Below are positions 1 through 11,756 of a stretch of DNA of 64,000 bases, piece by piece. Positions within the stretch are counted from its first letter, which is position 1. The number at the start of each line of letters is the position of its first letter. Location of the stretch: positions 40,300,001 through 40,364,000 of the forward strand of contig NC_134468.1 of the NCBI RefSeq assembly GCF_964194025.1, read 5' to 3'. The notes under the pieces are model-generated. The model was not told the origin of the DNA and did no database searches. It saw nothing but the letters and a program-made list of their open reading frames with translations. Position numbers and translations under genes: made by a program. The DNA is from Convolutriloba macropyga. Lineage: Eukaryota.

Positions 1-1442
1 TGTGACTTTTCGGTGTCTTCTTTTAATTTCAAAAATGGATGCTTTATTATTGCTGACTTCAGCAATAAATTTACTTTATTATGATTTAGCATTATTTTGC
101 GAGCGTACAGCTGACTTTGAGCAGAGCTGCAAACACTTAGTTAATTAGTTTGAGATCATAAATCTCGGGATTAAGCGCAGTACTAAACTGCTACTACAAG
201 GGTGCTACCCGGGGCTATCCTGGTTGCAATTACACTTTTTGGGGAGCACAGGCTATCCGGCGGGCGAATTTTTAGCTCCGTCTGCGCGTAGATTGCGTCT
301 ATTTACGCATTCATGTACGCACGGGTGTCGCAGTACTGCGCTTTCGCAATGGGGTAGGTGGGTCGGGGCGGTTGTGGGGGTTGAAGCGGGCTTTGAACTG
401 GTACCCGTCTCAGTCGGGGGTGCTAAAGTGAAAGCGTGTGTGTTGGGTAATTGGTTAGGGCTGTGCGGGTTTTGGTAGTTGCCCGTTATGCGTGTGCCCC
501 CAGTGGGCCTATTTGTTTGTAATAATTTATCACCCGACCAATCAATAACACTGAGGGCTATTCCTTCACCGCCGTCTTCCTCCAATTAGGACGTTTAATC
601 AACCTTTCTCCAGCTCAATTAATCTTCCTCTTTCTCCCTCTAGTCCCTACCATGCAACAAATATCCCATGTATCATGCTCTGGGATAAAAATTAATTGTT
701 ACCCAGATTAGTTTGATAAAAATAAAAATTAGATATCGTTATCGTTCATTCCTCAACGTCTCACAGTTTCAAAATTATCCCTTTAATTAGGTTGGCGAAA
801 ATAATGATACATTTTTCAGGCGATATAAACATTTTAGCCTCATTTTGAAAAATTAGCTATGTGTGGATCTTAAAATGGGATAAGCGTTAACGCAATTCTA
901 ATTAGTCCATGTTTTTTGTTTCACCAATTCAAGGCGGTTTAGTATAGATCGCAATAGAGGTCACAATGGAGGGTTAATGTTGGTTATTATGAAAGAAAAC
1001 AGTATGATATGTATTTCTGTTTAATGATCGATCTCCAAAAACTATTTATTTACCCTAATCACTCCTCTATTTCTTATAAAAGGACAGACTATGAAAATAT
1101 GTTGCAATAACAAACCACTAAATTGAAAGGGCCATTATATGGCATAACAATTTTGCTAAATATTGTCATGCATGCTGAACTCCGTTCTTAACATCTGGTT
1201 AAAGATGACAGATGCCGGCATATTTTTTCATAATAATCAATGCCATAAAAGAATCTTGGCAATCATATATTGTAATTGGAATTTTTTTCGTCTTATCTGG
1301 AGCCATAAACGATTATATGGTTACTAAGAATGTTCTTCCCATGTTATTAAAACGCAAAAACTGTTTTATTTCTCATCTTTTCGATGTACCAGTGTTTTAT
1401 GATGACCTGAATCCGTTTTGATGAGTTTATGTTGTGTTTCAG

Positions 1443-1623
1443 CAGCCGCATTTGATCCAGTCAAACCCTACGGCGGCCGCTCTTGCCCAGTACCAGCAGC
1501 TCTTACAGCAGCACCAACATCAACAGCAGCAGACCTACCACTCGCAGACTCCAGCCGCGGCTGCTGGTGCCGCCTTAGTGCCCCCTTCTGTGGCTGTAGC
1601 TGCAGCCGCTGCTGCTGCCGCAG
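1443..1623 (+). CDS. mbl: Muscleblind-like protein, internal exon A (Gln/Ala-rich linker); upstream exons lie outside the window
   Basis: Acceptor gtgtttCAG|CAG; encodes QPHLIQSNPTAAALAQYQQLLQQ...AAAAAAAA; donor CAG|gtcagt in phase 1, matching the phase-1 acceptor at 3547. Confidence 0.75.
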
Positions 1624-2451
1624 GTCAGTACAATTTATGTTCTCAAGCTCATTCTTGTAGTTTCAAAATTTTACAAAATCAACCATCATTGGTTTTTGTA
1701 TTGTTCTGATATCAAGTATTACTAAATAGTCTTGATTTACATGAAAAAAACGGTGCAAGCAAAACAATCATCATCAAAACCTGACGGAAGTAGTTGACTT
1801 CCCAAAAGTGTGGCAACAAAATAAAGCGAAACAAAACAGATTGAATTTCATTATTTATAATGAACATTTCTAAATCAAAATGGCCAATCAACCCCCCTCC
1901 CCTCCCAACTTAATTCCCATTAACAGTACTTGTTCCAACATTTTCTCTAAACTACTGATTACCCACCACTTTCGGCTCTTCGATACTTGATTCTCGGAAC
2001 TTTTCCGCTCAGAAAGAAAAGAATATTAGTAATCTTTGAAAAATGGCCTTTTTATTAATCATTTGTTATTTGATTATTCCAGCTAATGTGATAAATATAC
2101 ATGCAATCTTTTACACTTCGCTGCAAGGACTGAAAAAACAACATCCATAGATATGAATTAAGTTTACTGTGCCGTTGTAGAATGTGAATTGATTGCAGGC
2201 AACGTTAGCAAATGTCACAGCAATGATGCAATCAAGAGAATGAACTAAAAATTTAGAATACAATTTTTGCGCAATATTTTGGAATGAAATATAAAATGAT
2301 TCTATCTACATTAAAAAGATCTCATTTTTATAGAATTCAGTATCTCAGCCACGCAATAATTCAAGCTCCTCGACTGAACTGACTAAACTGATTTTTTAAT
2401 TTTGCTGGAATTAAAAACACGCAATTATGAGCGCAACAAAATCGTGTTTTG

Positions 2452-3430
2452 CAATAATAATAATAATAATAATGAATTTCACTAAACCTGGTTTCACCAA
2501 GATTAGTAAGTCCCTAACGGGGCTTGAATTTTATTTCCCTCAAACACTGTCCATCCATATGGGTACGATTTGTAATTAAAATTCTTTTTAGCTAAATCAA
2601 ATAGATATTCTTTGATTTCTCTTTTGAATTTGGGAGGACTTGAACATGGGTTATAGTTGGGAAAATCACGCGCCAGTGACATCGAATTGTTGAAGTTTCT
2701 AACTCGGTAAAAAAATAGATCGGCAACGCTGGCGATTACATTCGTTTGAGTATAAAAATATTTTCTCGTTTGATCGTGTTTTCGGATGTCCATTCCTTAT
2801 TTGCCAAAATTGCTCTGCCTCAAGCGGAAGTTCTCTTGTCAAAATTCTGCTTAAAACTATGAGATCCAAAAAGACAAATTGATATGTGATCGGAAGTAAA
2901 TTTACTGATCGAAGACAATCATTGTATTCTTTATCAGTAAAATGACTGTTTGATTGTATCCATTTTAAACTTTTTCTCTGAAGCCTTTCCATTTGCCTGA
3001 CGATAGTTTTTCTGGCATACCAAACATTTGATCCATAAAACAAGATCGATATTTTGTAAGTTTTGACTAGGTTGCATTTGACTGACAATTTTGTTTCACT
3101 TGGAATTGTTCTCTTTAGATAAGCAAGCTTCTGATTTGCTTTTAGTAGAACAAAACTTAAGTGATGATCCCATGATAAATTTTCTGAAAAATATATGCCC
3201 AAGTCTTTGAAGTGTGTTTCTTGTGAGATGGTTCCATTGCTGGGAAGACGCAAAATTTGCTTGTTTTGATTTTTACGCAATGAAAATTGCACGTTTTCAA
3301 ACTTATCGAAATTGAAGTTTAACCGATTCTCCTTGCTCCAAACAATAGCATTTTCAATATCTTTTTCCAGCTGTATTTTATCGTCTACAGTGCTGACGAT
3401 TTTTGTGACATCCTCGTATAAATAGCACTA
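2452..3430 (-). mobile_element. 5'-truncated CR1-like non-LTR retrotransposon (RT C-terminus, 3' UTR, (ATT)n tail), antisense in an mbl intron
   Basis: Minus strand reads LYEDVTK (degenerate YADD), WSKENRLNFN, KDLGIYFSENLSWDHH...KANQKLAYLKR; frameshift near 2700-2790; (AAT)n on + at 2452-2473. Confidence 0.85.
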
Positions 3431-3546
3431 ATTGACAATTATTTCTTGTAGGTCATTTATATAAACGCAATTTATATTAAGGCAAATATTAATTTTGACA
3501 ATTTAAATTCTCCAGCTGACTCAATTTCATTCTGTTATTGTGACAG

Positions 3547-3815
3547 GTGCTGCTGTGACTTCAAACAACACTCCACTCGTGTCCACGTCTCCATCGTCTA
3601 CCAGTGGGGTTGCAATCGGGGCTCCCCACACTGTAGGGGGAGGGGCAGCAGTGGCCACTCAGTTGGTGGACCCTAGTCTACTTGCTAGTATGCAGGTGGG
3701 GGCAGGGGGTGTGAACAATGTCAATGGAGTTAACCTGTCGCCTTCTTCCAACAACAACAACAATGTCTGCTCGGCATCCCCACCACCAAATAGCAAAGCC
3801 TTTCACACCATTGAG
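3547..3815 (+). CDS. mbl: Muscleblind-like protein, exon B (low-complexity linker ending FHTIE)
   Basis: Acceptor tgacag|GT completes a Gly codon with exon A; donor GAG|gttaga phase 0; FHTIE|VCREF parallels MBNL 'LE|VCRE'. Confidence 0.85.
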
Positions 3816-4257
3816 GTTAGACACAGAGATTCTTCGAGCAGATTATCTAAATCTTCAGTTTCTAGACACTTTGATTCCCGAAGCAACCCACGTGAACTAC
3901 AGAAAACGTTTATCAAGTTAATGCTACCGATGTATTTTTATATTTGTTGTTTCCCTGATGAAACTATGAAGGTTGCCTTTCAATTTTTTTTTATAATTAT
4001 GCATTATCTTGTTTGGGCTCTTGTGCAAGCCTTTACAGATAACCGTTAGTCACAGAATCCTTGCAAGGTCTAAGCAGAAAACCGTTCCTGCGTTGGATTA
4101 GGGCTAAATGGAAAGTTCTCAAAATTTAAAACAAAATAGAAAAGTTTATTTATTTCTGAGCAATCATGACACATCCGCCTTTGAAGTATCGATCTCCGAT
4201 TGGCTGAAAAATAAGTAAGGGAAATCCTTGCTAACTACAGGTCGGTTTATTGTGCAG

Positions 4258-4503
4258 GTTTGTCGCGAGTTCAGCCGAGGGGCCTGTACGCGATCGGACG
4301 AGGATTGTCGCTTCGCCCACCCGGAACCACACGTCTCAATTGACCCCTCCTCCAATCGTGTGACCATTTGCATGGACTATGTCAAGTCAGGGGGACAAAT
4401 GTGCCCAGTGGAACAGGGCGCAAACAACAATAACAACTCAAGTAACAACAGTCCCTCGACACCAGAAAAGTGCAAATACTTCCACCCGCCTTCCCACATA
4501 CTA
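4258..4503 (+). CDS. mbl: Muscleblind-like protein, exon C: tandem CCCH zinc fingers (ZnF3/4-type)
   Basis: VCREFSRGACTRSDEDCRFAHP (CX7CX6CX3H)...NRVTICMDYVK...EKCKYFHPPSH resembles MBNL ZnF3/4 (CRFAHP...TVTVCMDYIK...EKCKYFHPP); branch-like ctaac at 4231, acceptor tgtgcag, donor CTA|gttagt. Confidence 0.95.
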
Positions 4504-7500
4504 GTTAGTCACACCGCAAACTCTGCCAGTAATTCGTATCTTAACCAAAAGGATGATTAGAGTTCATTCATTTAACTAGTTCTGCCACCAACTGCGGTCC
4601 ATCAAGTGCAGAGCACTCTAAAATCCAAAAATTTTGAAAACTGAATAACTTTGGGAAAAAATGATTAAATTTTAAATTGCTCTCTAACTAGATTTGTAGC
4701 AATTATATTAGGGCGAACGCTAAGCAAGCCGCAGGCTATGTAATATTTATGTAATCTTTCAGCAATAATGCATTGTTCACCGTTCAAGGCAGCGCATAGT
4801 ATGTTTACAATGTATTGTAGTACATCAAAAAAAAACAAAACACCTCATATGTATAGGCGTCAAGTTTTTGCGAGCCCCAGTGGAACGCTGTCCAGGTCCA
4901 TTTAAAATCGTTGTAGTTGTCGATATTAAGCTCCAATACCATCTTATCAAGCGCTTTAGTGAATCTATATCCAGTGGTTAAAGTAAAACACAATGGTTAA
5001 AGAAAGACCCTCCTGTCGTTTGAGAACAATTCGACCGATCGTAGTCGGCTAACTTCAAGCATAACTTGCATTCTAGGTTAACTTCAAAAATTGCATTCTC
5101 GTGCATCTGCATGAATGGCTACTAGTTGAAATAAAAGTAGTTTCAAACCAGTTTTTATTACTACAACGAAATTTATCTGCTGACTAAGTCGTCATTGAAG
5201 TTCTTTCGCTTTACAGAATGCATGTAGATTTTTGATGCAGATGTACACTGATCTGTAATTTTATATTCGTGTGTATTTCTAATACAAAACAGTGTAAAAG
5301 TATACCAATCTTTAATCAAACTTGATGTAAAAAGTTTAAAAGAAAGTGTTTTTCATCTTTAAAGTATTTTGTTATCCGACAGCTGCAAAGTGCATAGTTC
5401 AGAGCTGGATTTTGGGGGTCTAGCTTAAAGTTTATTTCACAGATATCGGCAGTTTTGACAGATTTGATTGCAAGACAAAAATTAAAAATCGATTTAATTG
5501 TTCTGCTCTGGCTCTAGAGCAACCATAGAGCTAGCAACCATAGAACCAGAGCTGGTCAACAATTTTGCAATTCTATTTTCTAATTTAACGCTAAATTGTG
5601 GGTATTTATCAAAATTAGGTCCAAAAAGTTTGAAAGAAACAAACATTGGGGTTTGTCATAAATGAGACGGTTGATAAACATCTACAATTTGCCATAACAT
5701 TTCACAACTTTTTTAAAGTAGGAACAATTCTTTGCGCTTTGTGTCCTTCGAGAAAATTTACCAGATATAGCTATATTTTTTTATCGGCTCCATTGAATTG
5801 AGTATCCTTATTTTCGTTATATCTTTCACAACTTTTTTTTCTATACTCGAAAACCGTGGCTTCACCGTACTTCAAGTTTTTTCGTGAAAGGTATCATTCG
5901 AGTTTTTGCATTGAATTGTTCCACTTTTCTGGCGAAAGTATAATTCTTCATTCAAAATTAACGAAACAAGACTTATTGTACTAGTATAACCCGTTTAAAA
6001 CTTGATGCATTTTTAATAACCGCCGTGAGCTCTCCTTTTTAAATTCGCTTTACATTTTGATCACATTTTTCGTTTTACACAAGTCGCGTTTTTCACTTTT
6101 GACTCCTAGTTTACCTCCCTTACTGTTTCAACTGAATAGATTGAAATTCGTTCACCCCCGATGCGGGTCATTTTATAAATTATTCAGCGATTCAACGAGT
6201 AAGCAAACGCAATTCTTAGACGTTGGTAAAAATCCTGGATCCTGTGAGAGCTTATTCACACTCACAATTTTTCTTAGTTGCATTAATTTTTCTAAAATTG
6301 GGTTTAAAATTTTCCCCTTTGTTACGATTATGACATCTTAAAGTAATTTTTACGTGCTTTTGATTGCTAGAAATAGATTATAAAATGTTTGCGATCCTGA
6401 ATTTATTTTTGTTACTATCATTTTAAAGCAGTTAGTCTAGGTTAGTTTCAATATTATGGATCAGCTGTCTATGAATTTTTTGTTGCTTGCAGAAATTTTG
6501 TTAAATAAAAAATTGGCTAAATTTTTATACAATTTTGCTGATTTTATGAATCTAAAAAAATGTCTAAGCGTAATGAGTCGATGGAACTGTAGTTTCATCT
6601 TTTTCTCAGCAAAGCTTTCGAACAATAGATATGTGGTGAATTTTGAACAGCTGCATTTATGTGACCATTAGCTGAACTCCATTTATCTAAAAGTTTTGAT
6701 CAGCTCGAAAATGTTGTAAGACGAAAAGACTCGGCAAGATAGCCTCTTTTTAAATAGAAAGCCAAGATTGCATTTGTTTCAAGCATTGGAAATTAACATT
6801 ATTTGTTAATGCGCGCAACTTACTGCAAGACTTCTTGTTTAAACTTTTAACAGGTTGCAAAACTTAAGCCATTTGTAGTGCAAAAGGAGCAATTTTGTAC
6901 ATGTACCAGCAAAAATGGCAGCGCACAGAGTGATCCAAAGTTTTTGCCTAGAAAAGCGTAGCGCAATGATGAATCGTTGGCATTTGAGTGTTCTTGTCCT
7001 TGAACGACCTCTTCGCAGGTCAGAATCAGAATATCTAATTAGTGTTTTCTTTGTAAACTGTTATCCATTTGGTTATTGCGTTTCTACTTGAACTTTTGAG
7101 GTCTCTGACTGGATTATTTTCCCAAGCCCGTGGCAGTTAAATCCTGTGGCAGTTAAATCGGGCTAAATTACTATCATAAATTTGGAGTATCATAAATAGG
7201 CTCTAACTTTGATCAATGACATTGTTAAAACTACCTTTTATTACTGCTCACAGACCCTGTTAAGTTGACGATCTAATATTTTGCTAATTTGATCGGTCGG
7301 GCAAAATTCAAATAAAGTTTATGCTCCATGCCATTTGGCGCTCTTAGTAGTGCCCTAAACTTGCAATTGTTTATTTTCACAACTGCTCGTTTACAGCGGG
7401 TGATATATACAAAATACCGTCGAGCAATTTGAAAGGAAATTGAATAATTGTGGGGGCTATTTAGCGGGACTTGTTTCAACTTTTTCCATAATATTTTCCT

Positions 7501-8809
7501 TACCCATTCAGTCATCAAATTAGGGAAACTTGTGACAGTGTTTGGTCTAGGAATTTGGAATTAGATCCCTAGGAAAGAGAGTCGTTCGGACAAATGTGGC
7601 ATTAATTGTTTCTGAGTTTTGATTCAACTTACTCAAGCTCAAATTGCCTTTCTGTCATGCTGCTTTCATTTACTTGCCTCTTTGTTTCTCTATCGCCCAA
7701 AGCCAACCAAACCTTCCAGGGTTAAAGCGCCCTCCGTTCACTGATTGCTGTAACTGCGGGTGTGTCACTTTATGACAAAACTTGTGTAAAAAAGATCATT
7801 TTTATATCGCTTTTGCTCTCTTCTCTAATCTCCACATGATGTTATCAAATTAGGTTGTTTCACATTTTGTCTAAAATTTTCGAATTTTAAAAGTCAAGCT
7901 GCACCTGAATTCAACTCCTAACTTTGTCGCAAAAATTATGCCACAAGTACTTGAGGCTGAATTTTTATGATTTTGAGCAATAACAACACAAAAAATTATA
8001 TCAGGGGTTTATATTGTATATCTGTCTAGATAACGTTGGCCAAGTGCAAGCATTCAATCATTTGCTGATACCGTCGGGTTCTGCCATAGTTAGCTTTAGG
8101 GTATTATTTATATTCAACATAAATATTATATAATTTTATAACTATTTCTGTACAATTGGGCGTTGCTAAAGGCATTCTATATTGCCTCTGTTTATGAATT
8201 TAGCAATATTTAATTGTCATAAAATGGAACCTATCCTATCCCTCCTAAAAAGTGAAGTGTAACAATATTTTATTGTCCTCGCTTCGATTTTATCACATTT
8301 TAGTCACGAAGTATTTAAATCCAGATCAACCTATCGGTCCTCGTTGTCACAACCCTCGACCATTTCGTTTGCTTTTTTTGTTGAGATTCAACAAGGGATT
8401 TGAAAATGTCATTGCAAGGGAAATTTACAGGCAGTTTTACAAGGGTTTCAAAGTTTTTATGTTCTTGAATGACTCTGTCATATGGGACTTCCCTCAAACC
8501 TATATTTATTGCTAATTTTTATACTTGTTTTTTTAAGAAATCTGGTTTTAATAATCTGATAGTTTTTTTGGTTGTTCAGCACCAGCAACATTCTATGTTT
8601 TGAGAGTTCCGGTAGAAATTAGTTGTGCCGCAGCAGCATTATTCGACACTGCTAAAAAGATTGAATAAATCATATTGGTTTGTTGAGACAAACTTTTCGG
8701 CAAGGTGACAGGCCGATGGCCTATTTGATGTTCTCTCGTCATGTGAAGTGGAGAAATAAATGTATCGCTTTTGATCATTCAGAAAAGTTATTTTTGTGTT
8801 GTTTTCCAG

Positions 8810-8944
8810 GAGCGATTCCAGAACGGGGCTGTGATGCAACAGCAACAACAACAGTTGGCCGCTGCAGCTCAGTTAGCACAACAACAGGCGAACAACAATG
8901 GACAGAGTCCTCTCTTCACCTTCCAGTCGCCCCTAAATATCCAG
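8810..8944 (+). CDS. mbl: Muscleblind-like protein, exon D (Gln/Ala-rich, 135 nt, phase 0-0)
   Basis: Acceptor gttttccag|GAG; ERFQNGAVMQQQQQQLAAAAQLAQQQ...LNIQ; donor CAG|gtacct; in frame with exons C and E. Confidence 0.85.
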
Positions 8945-9104
8945 GTACCTGTCTCACTCCTCAACTAACAGACAGCATATATATATATATATTATGTAAC
9001 AAATTATACAACACCCATGAGTGTTACTGTAACTGGTTGCGCAATAGTTGTTCCTCAAGTTGATGTTTCTTTCTATCCATTCGTTTCATTGCGTCTCTCT
9101 TCAG

Positions 9105-9131
9105 CTTGGCTCTTTATTGCTTACATATCGA
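9105..9131 (+). CDS. mbl: Candidate 27-nt in-frame microexon of mbl (LGSLLLTYR)
   Basis: Long pyrimidine tract ending ctctcttcag, 27 nt without a stop, donor CGA|gtcagt; phase 0-0 fits between exons D and E. No transcript evidence. Confidence 0.45.
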
Positions 9132-11642
9132 GTCAGTATTGCACTTAAATATTCTCAACCATTGTCTTTATTCTACCCCTGAAAATAGGTAGAAACTTTT
9201 CATTGGGTGAAAATAGCCTGTCGTCTCATATAGGGGACAAGAGAAAATCCGTTCTTGTTTTTCTGTCCAGCTTAAATACCACTTCGCCTTTTTTTGCTTG
9301 ATATCAAATTTCAACATACAAAAATGATATGTGATTAAATTGAATCGATTCTACTCTTACGATATAACGAAAATGCTAAATGTTTGTTTGACCTGAGCGG
9401 CCCTGTTTGTGGATTGTTCTTCCTGTTTTCCCCCCACTCTACGACCATCCAAGGAATTTTTTTTACCTCTATAGTGATCTGAATTACCATGCCATTTTCT
9501 AAACGTAAATCTCTTAAGCTGTTGAAACTTTGCTTTTTATTTTTGGCATCAGCTGCCGATTTGCCATCTCAAATTTTATAAAAAAGATTTTGAAAAGCTA
9601 TTTAGGAACACTTTATAATCTTTGAAAGCATGAAATCTGAAATTTTGTTTCGGTTTGTTTCACTGATCTCGTTTCAGAATTGTTTACCGTTGATTGTTTT
9701 TAGGTAAAACAAAGGTTTCAATTGCATAAGAAAGGCGACAATCGTCTCTAAATTAGTACTGCAAAAACAGTTCGGATTTTTTTTAGTAAATCTACATAGT
9801 TCAGGTATTTCTTTATTTTTCAAACATTCTATGGAAACAACGCTGTTTTTTTCATCCTGACTGAAATTGTTCGATCTAGCAATAGGTTGTCGGACTTTTC
9901 TATTCCCATTATTATGCTGTCTCCCAGTGACCTTCATCTCATTTTATTTCACGCAAGGTTTTTGCAGAAATAACATTGCAGTTTATGCTAGTTTTACAAA
10001 TCTTTGATTATCAGAAAATTTAATCTAGGGAATTTTCAATTGCAAATAAATCTCTTCAGCTCTAGCTTTTCAAAAATTCGCCTTTTGTCTTAAAAGGAAC
10101 ATAAAATTTTGAGCTTTTGAGCACAGGCCAAAGATTTGATGATATTTATTTCCGACTGGCTGTTTGAGAAAATCTGGGATAGCATAGACCTGCACTGTTA
10201 TAAAAATGACTATTATGAAAGGAGTTGAAAAAAATGTTTTTGTGAAACTTTTTTTTGGATGTCAAGTTTTTGTGTTGCCTAAATTGTTCTAAAAGCTTCT
10301 GAGTTGTCCTGGAATAACTTTCAAGTTAAAAGCATTATCCTCAGTCAGCTATCACTAGCTGTACTACTAAATAAAACAAAAACAGTCCGAAGAAAATTAG
10401 CGTGAATTGTTGAACAAAATGGTTTTTATTAGTGCAGCCGTGGAAAACTTTTTAAAATTTTACCCAGATGAACAGATGTCTAATTTCAAAACAAGTGTAG
10501 ATAATCGGCAATGCTTTAAGTCAACTTGGACAATTAAATTCACCTATTTTCGATCAATATTTTGAAATACAAGCATGCAAAGTCATTTTGCGCAAACAAT
10601 TTTTAATAGCTGTTAGTCATTCATAACTGGAAAAGTTCCTAGATATTTTGCTTGGAGCGAGCGCACTATTATAAAATAATACTGCTACATAATTGCATTT
10701 AAGACTTTGCACGCCTGTATTTATCTGCTATCTCTCTTCTCCTGTGCTGCTCTTCTGTCGTGAGTGGGCAAATCATATCAATTCACTGTACATAGTTGTG
10801 TCGTCTATGATTTTGGGTTGACAGACAATGTCAAGACAATGTCTACTCAATGCCATCATACCTCTGGTTAAATAAAAACCCTGGCCCAATCAATAATGTA
10901 CCATCGTGTTTCAAGTCTGTAGTTTTGAGCTTCAAGACAAAAATTCAGACTATTGTATTTGAGATTTGTCATGAATACCCAAATTTTCAACTGTTCTGCA
11001 GTGGTGATAAAATAATGAGCATATGCAAATTATTCAGACAGTTTATGGGTTAATTTCTTATCTGAGCCTAATTACCCGTCACTGAGGTAGTTGTTGACCA
11101 TCAACTTTAAAAATATATCGGCATGTTAACCTCTGAATTCCACACTTGACCTCTCTCAGATTCCCACAATTATAATAATAATTGCCAAACATAAAGATTA
11201 GGTTTAATATTCTCCTTTCTGTACAGTTTAGAATGCATAGTTTTGTAAATGAGTATTTGGGTAGGGTGGCATTGGGTAGAATGTCATGGAATGGCCCACA
11301 TTGACTAAGATGGTGGGCCTGCTTCACTCGCTCTGCGCGCCGCCTTACTACTCTAATCCATGTGGCTGTTTTGTCGTGTTGTTTTCTGCTAGCTAGTCGC
11401 TATTTCATCTTAATCGGGCGGGTGATTATTAGGTATTAAAATACGTGGCCTATGTTAGGTGGAAAGTTTGTGTTGTAATTTTAACTCCGGAAATTTGGGA
11501 AATGTGGTCTTGCATCCTTTGTTTTCAATATTTCAAATTATTAATCCAGAAGAGAAGATATTTTGGTACCAGTTATATTTATTGCGATTGTTAAATTTGC
11601 TATTTCATCGCAAACGTTACGTGTGTTCCTCTCTTTTCTTTG

Positions 11643-11756
11643 CACATGCATTATGGTGTACCACATGCATCATGGTGTACCACATGCATTATGGTGTACC
11701 ACATGCATTATGGTGTACCACATGCATTATGGTGTACCACGTGCAATATGGTGTAA
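11643..11756. repeat. Minisatellite, 19-bp unit CACATGCATTATGGTGTAC, 6 copies
   Basis: Units start at 11643, 11662, 11681, 11700, 11719, 11738; the last is degenerate. Confidence 0.95.

Noticed and set aside
4408-4470. Exitron removing the zinc-finger insertion
   Set aside because: The GT-AG pairs examined give a frameshift (58 nt) or a non-canonical CPC finger (63 nt), and there is no pyrimidine tract.
8580-8611. Extra mbl exon after gttgttcag
   Set aside because: In-frame stop after 7 codons, weak donor (gtagaa), no supporting motif cluster.
10704-10765. Exon ending at gtgagt (10760)
   Set aside because: The nearest acceptor is weak, the length (56 nt) breaks frame, and the pyrimidine tract would lie inside the supposed exon.
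11643-11756. CRISPR-like array
   Set aside because: Units are contiguous without unique spacers, there are no cas genes, and the context is a spliceosomal intron.
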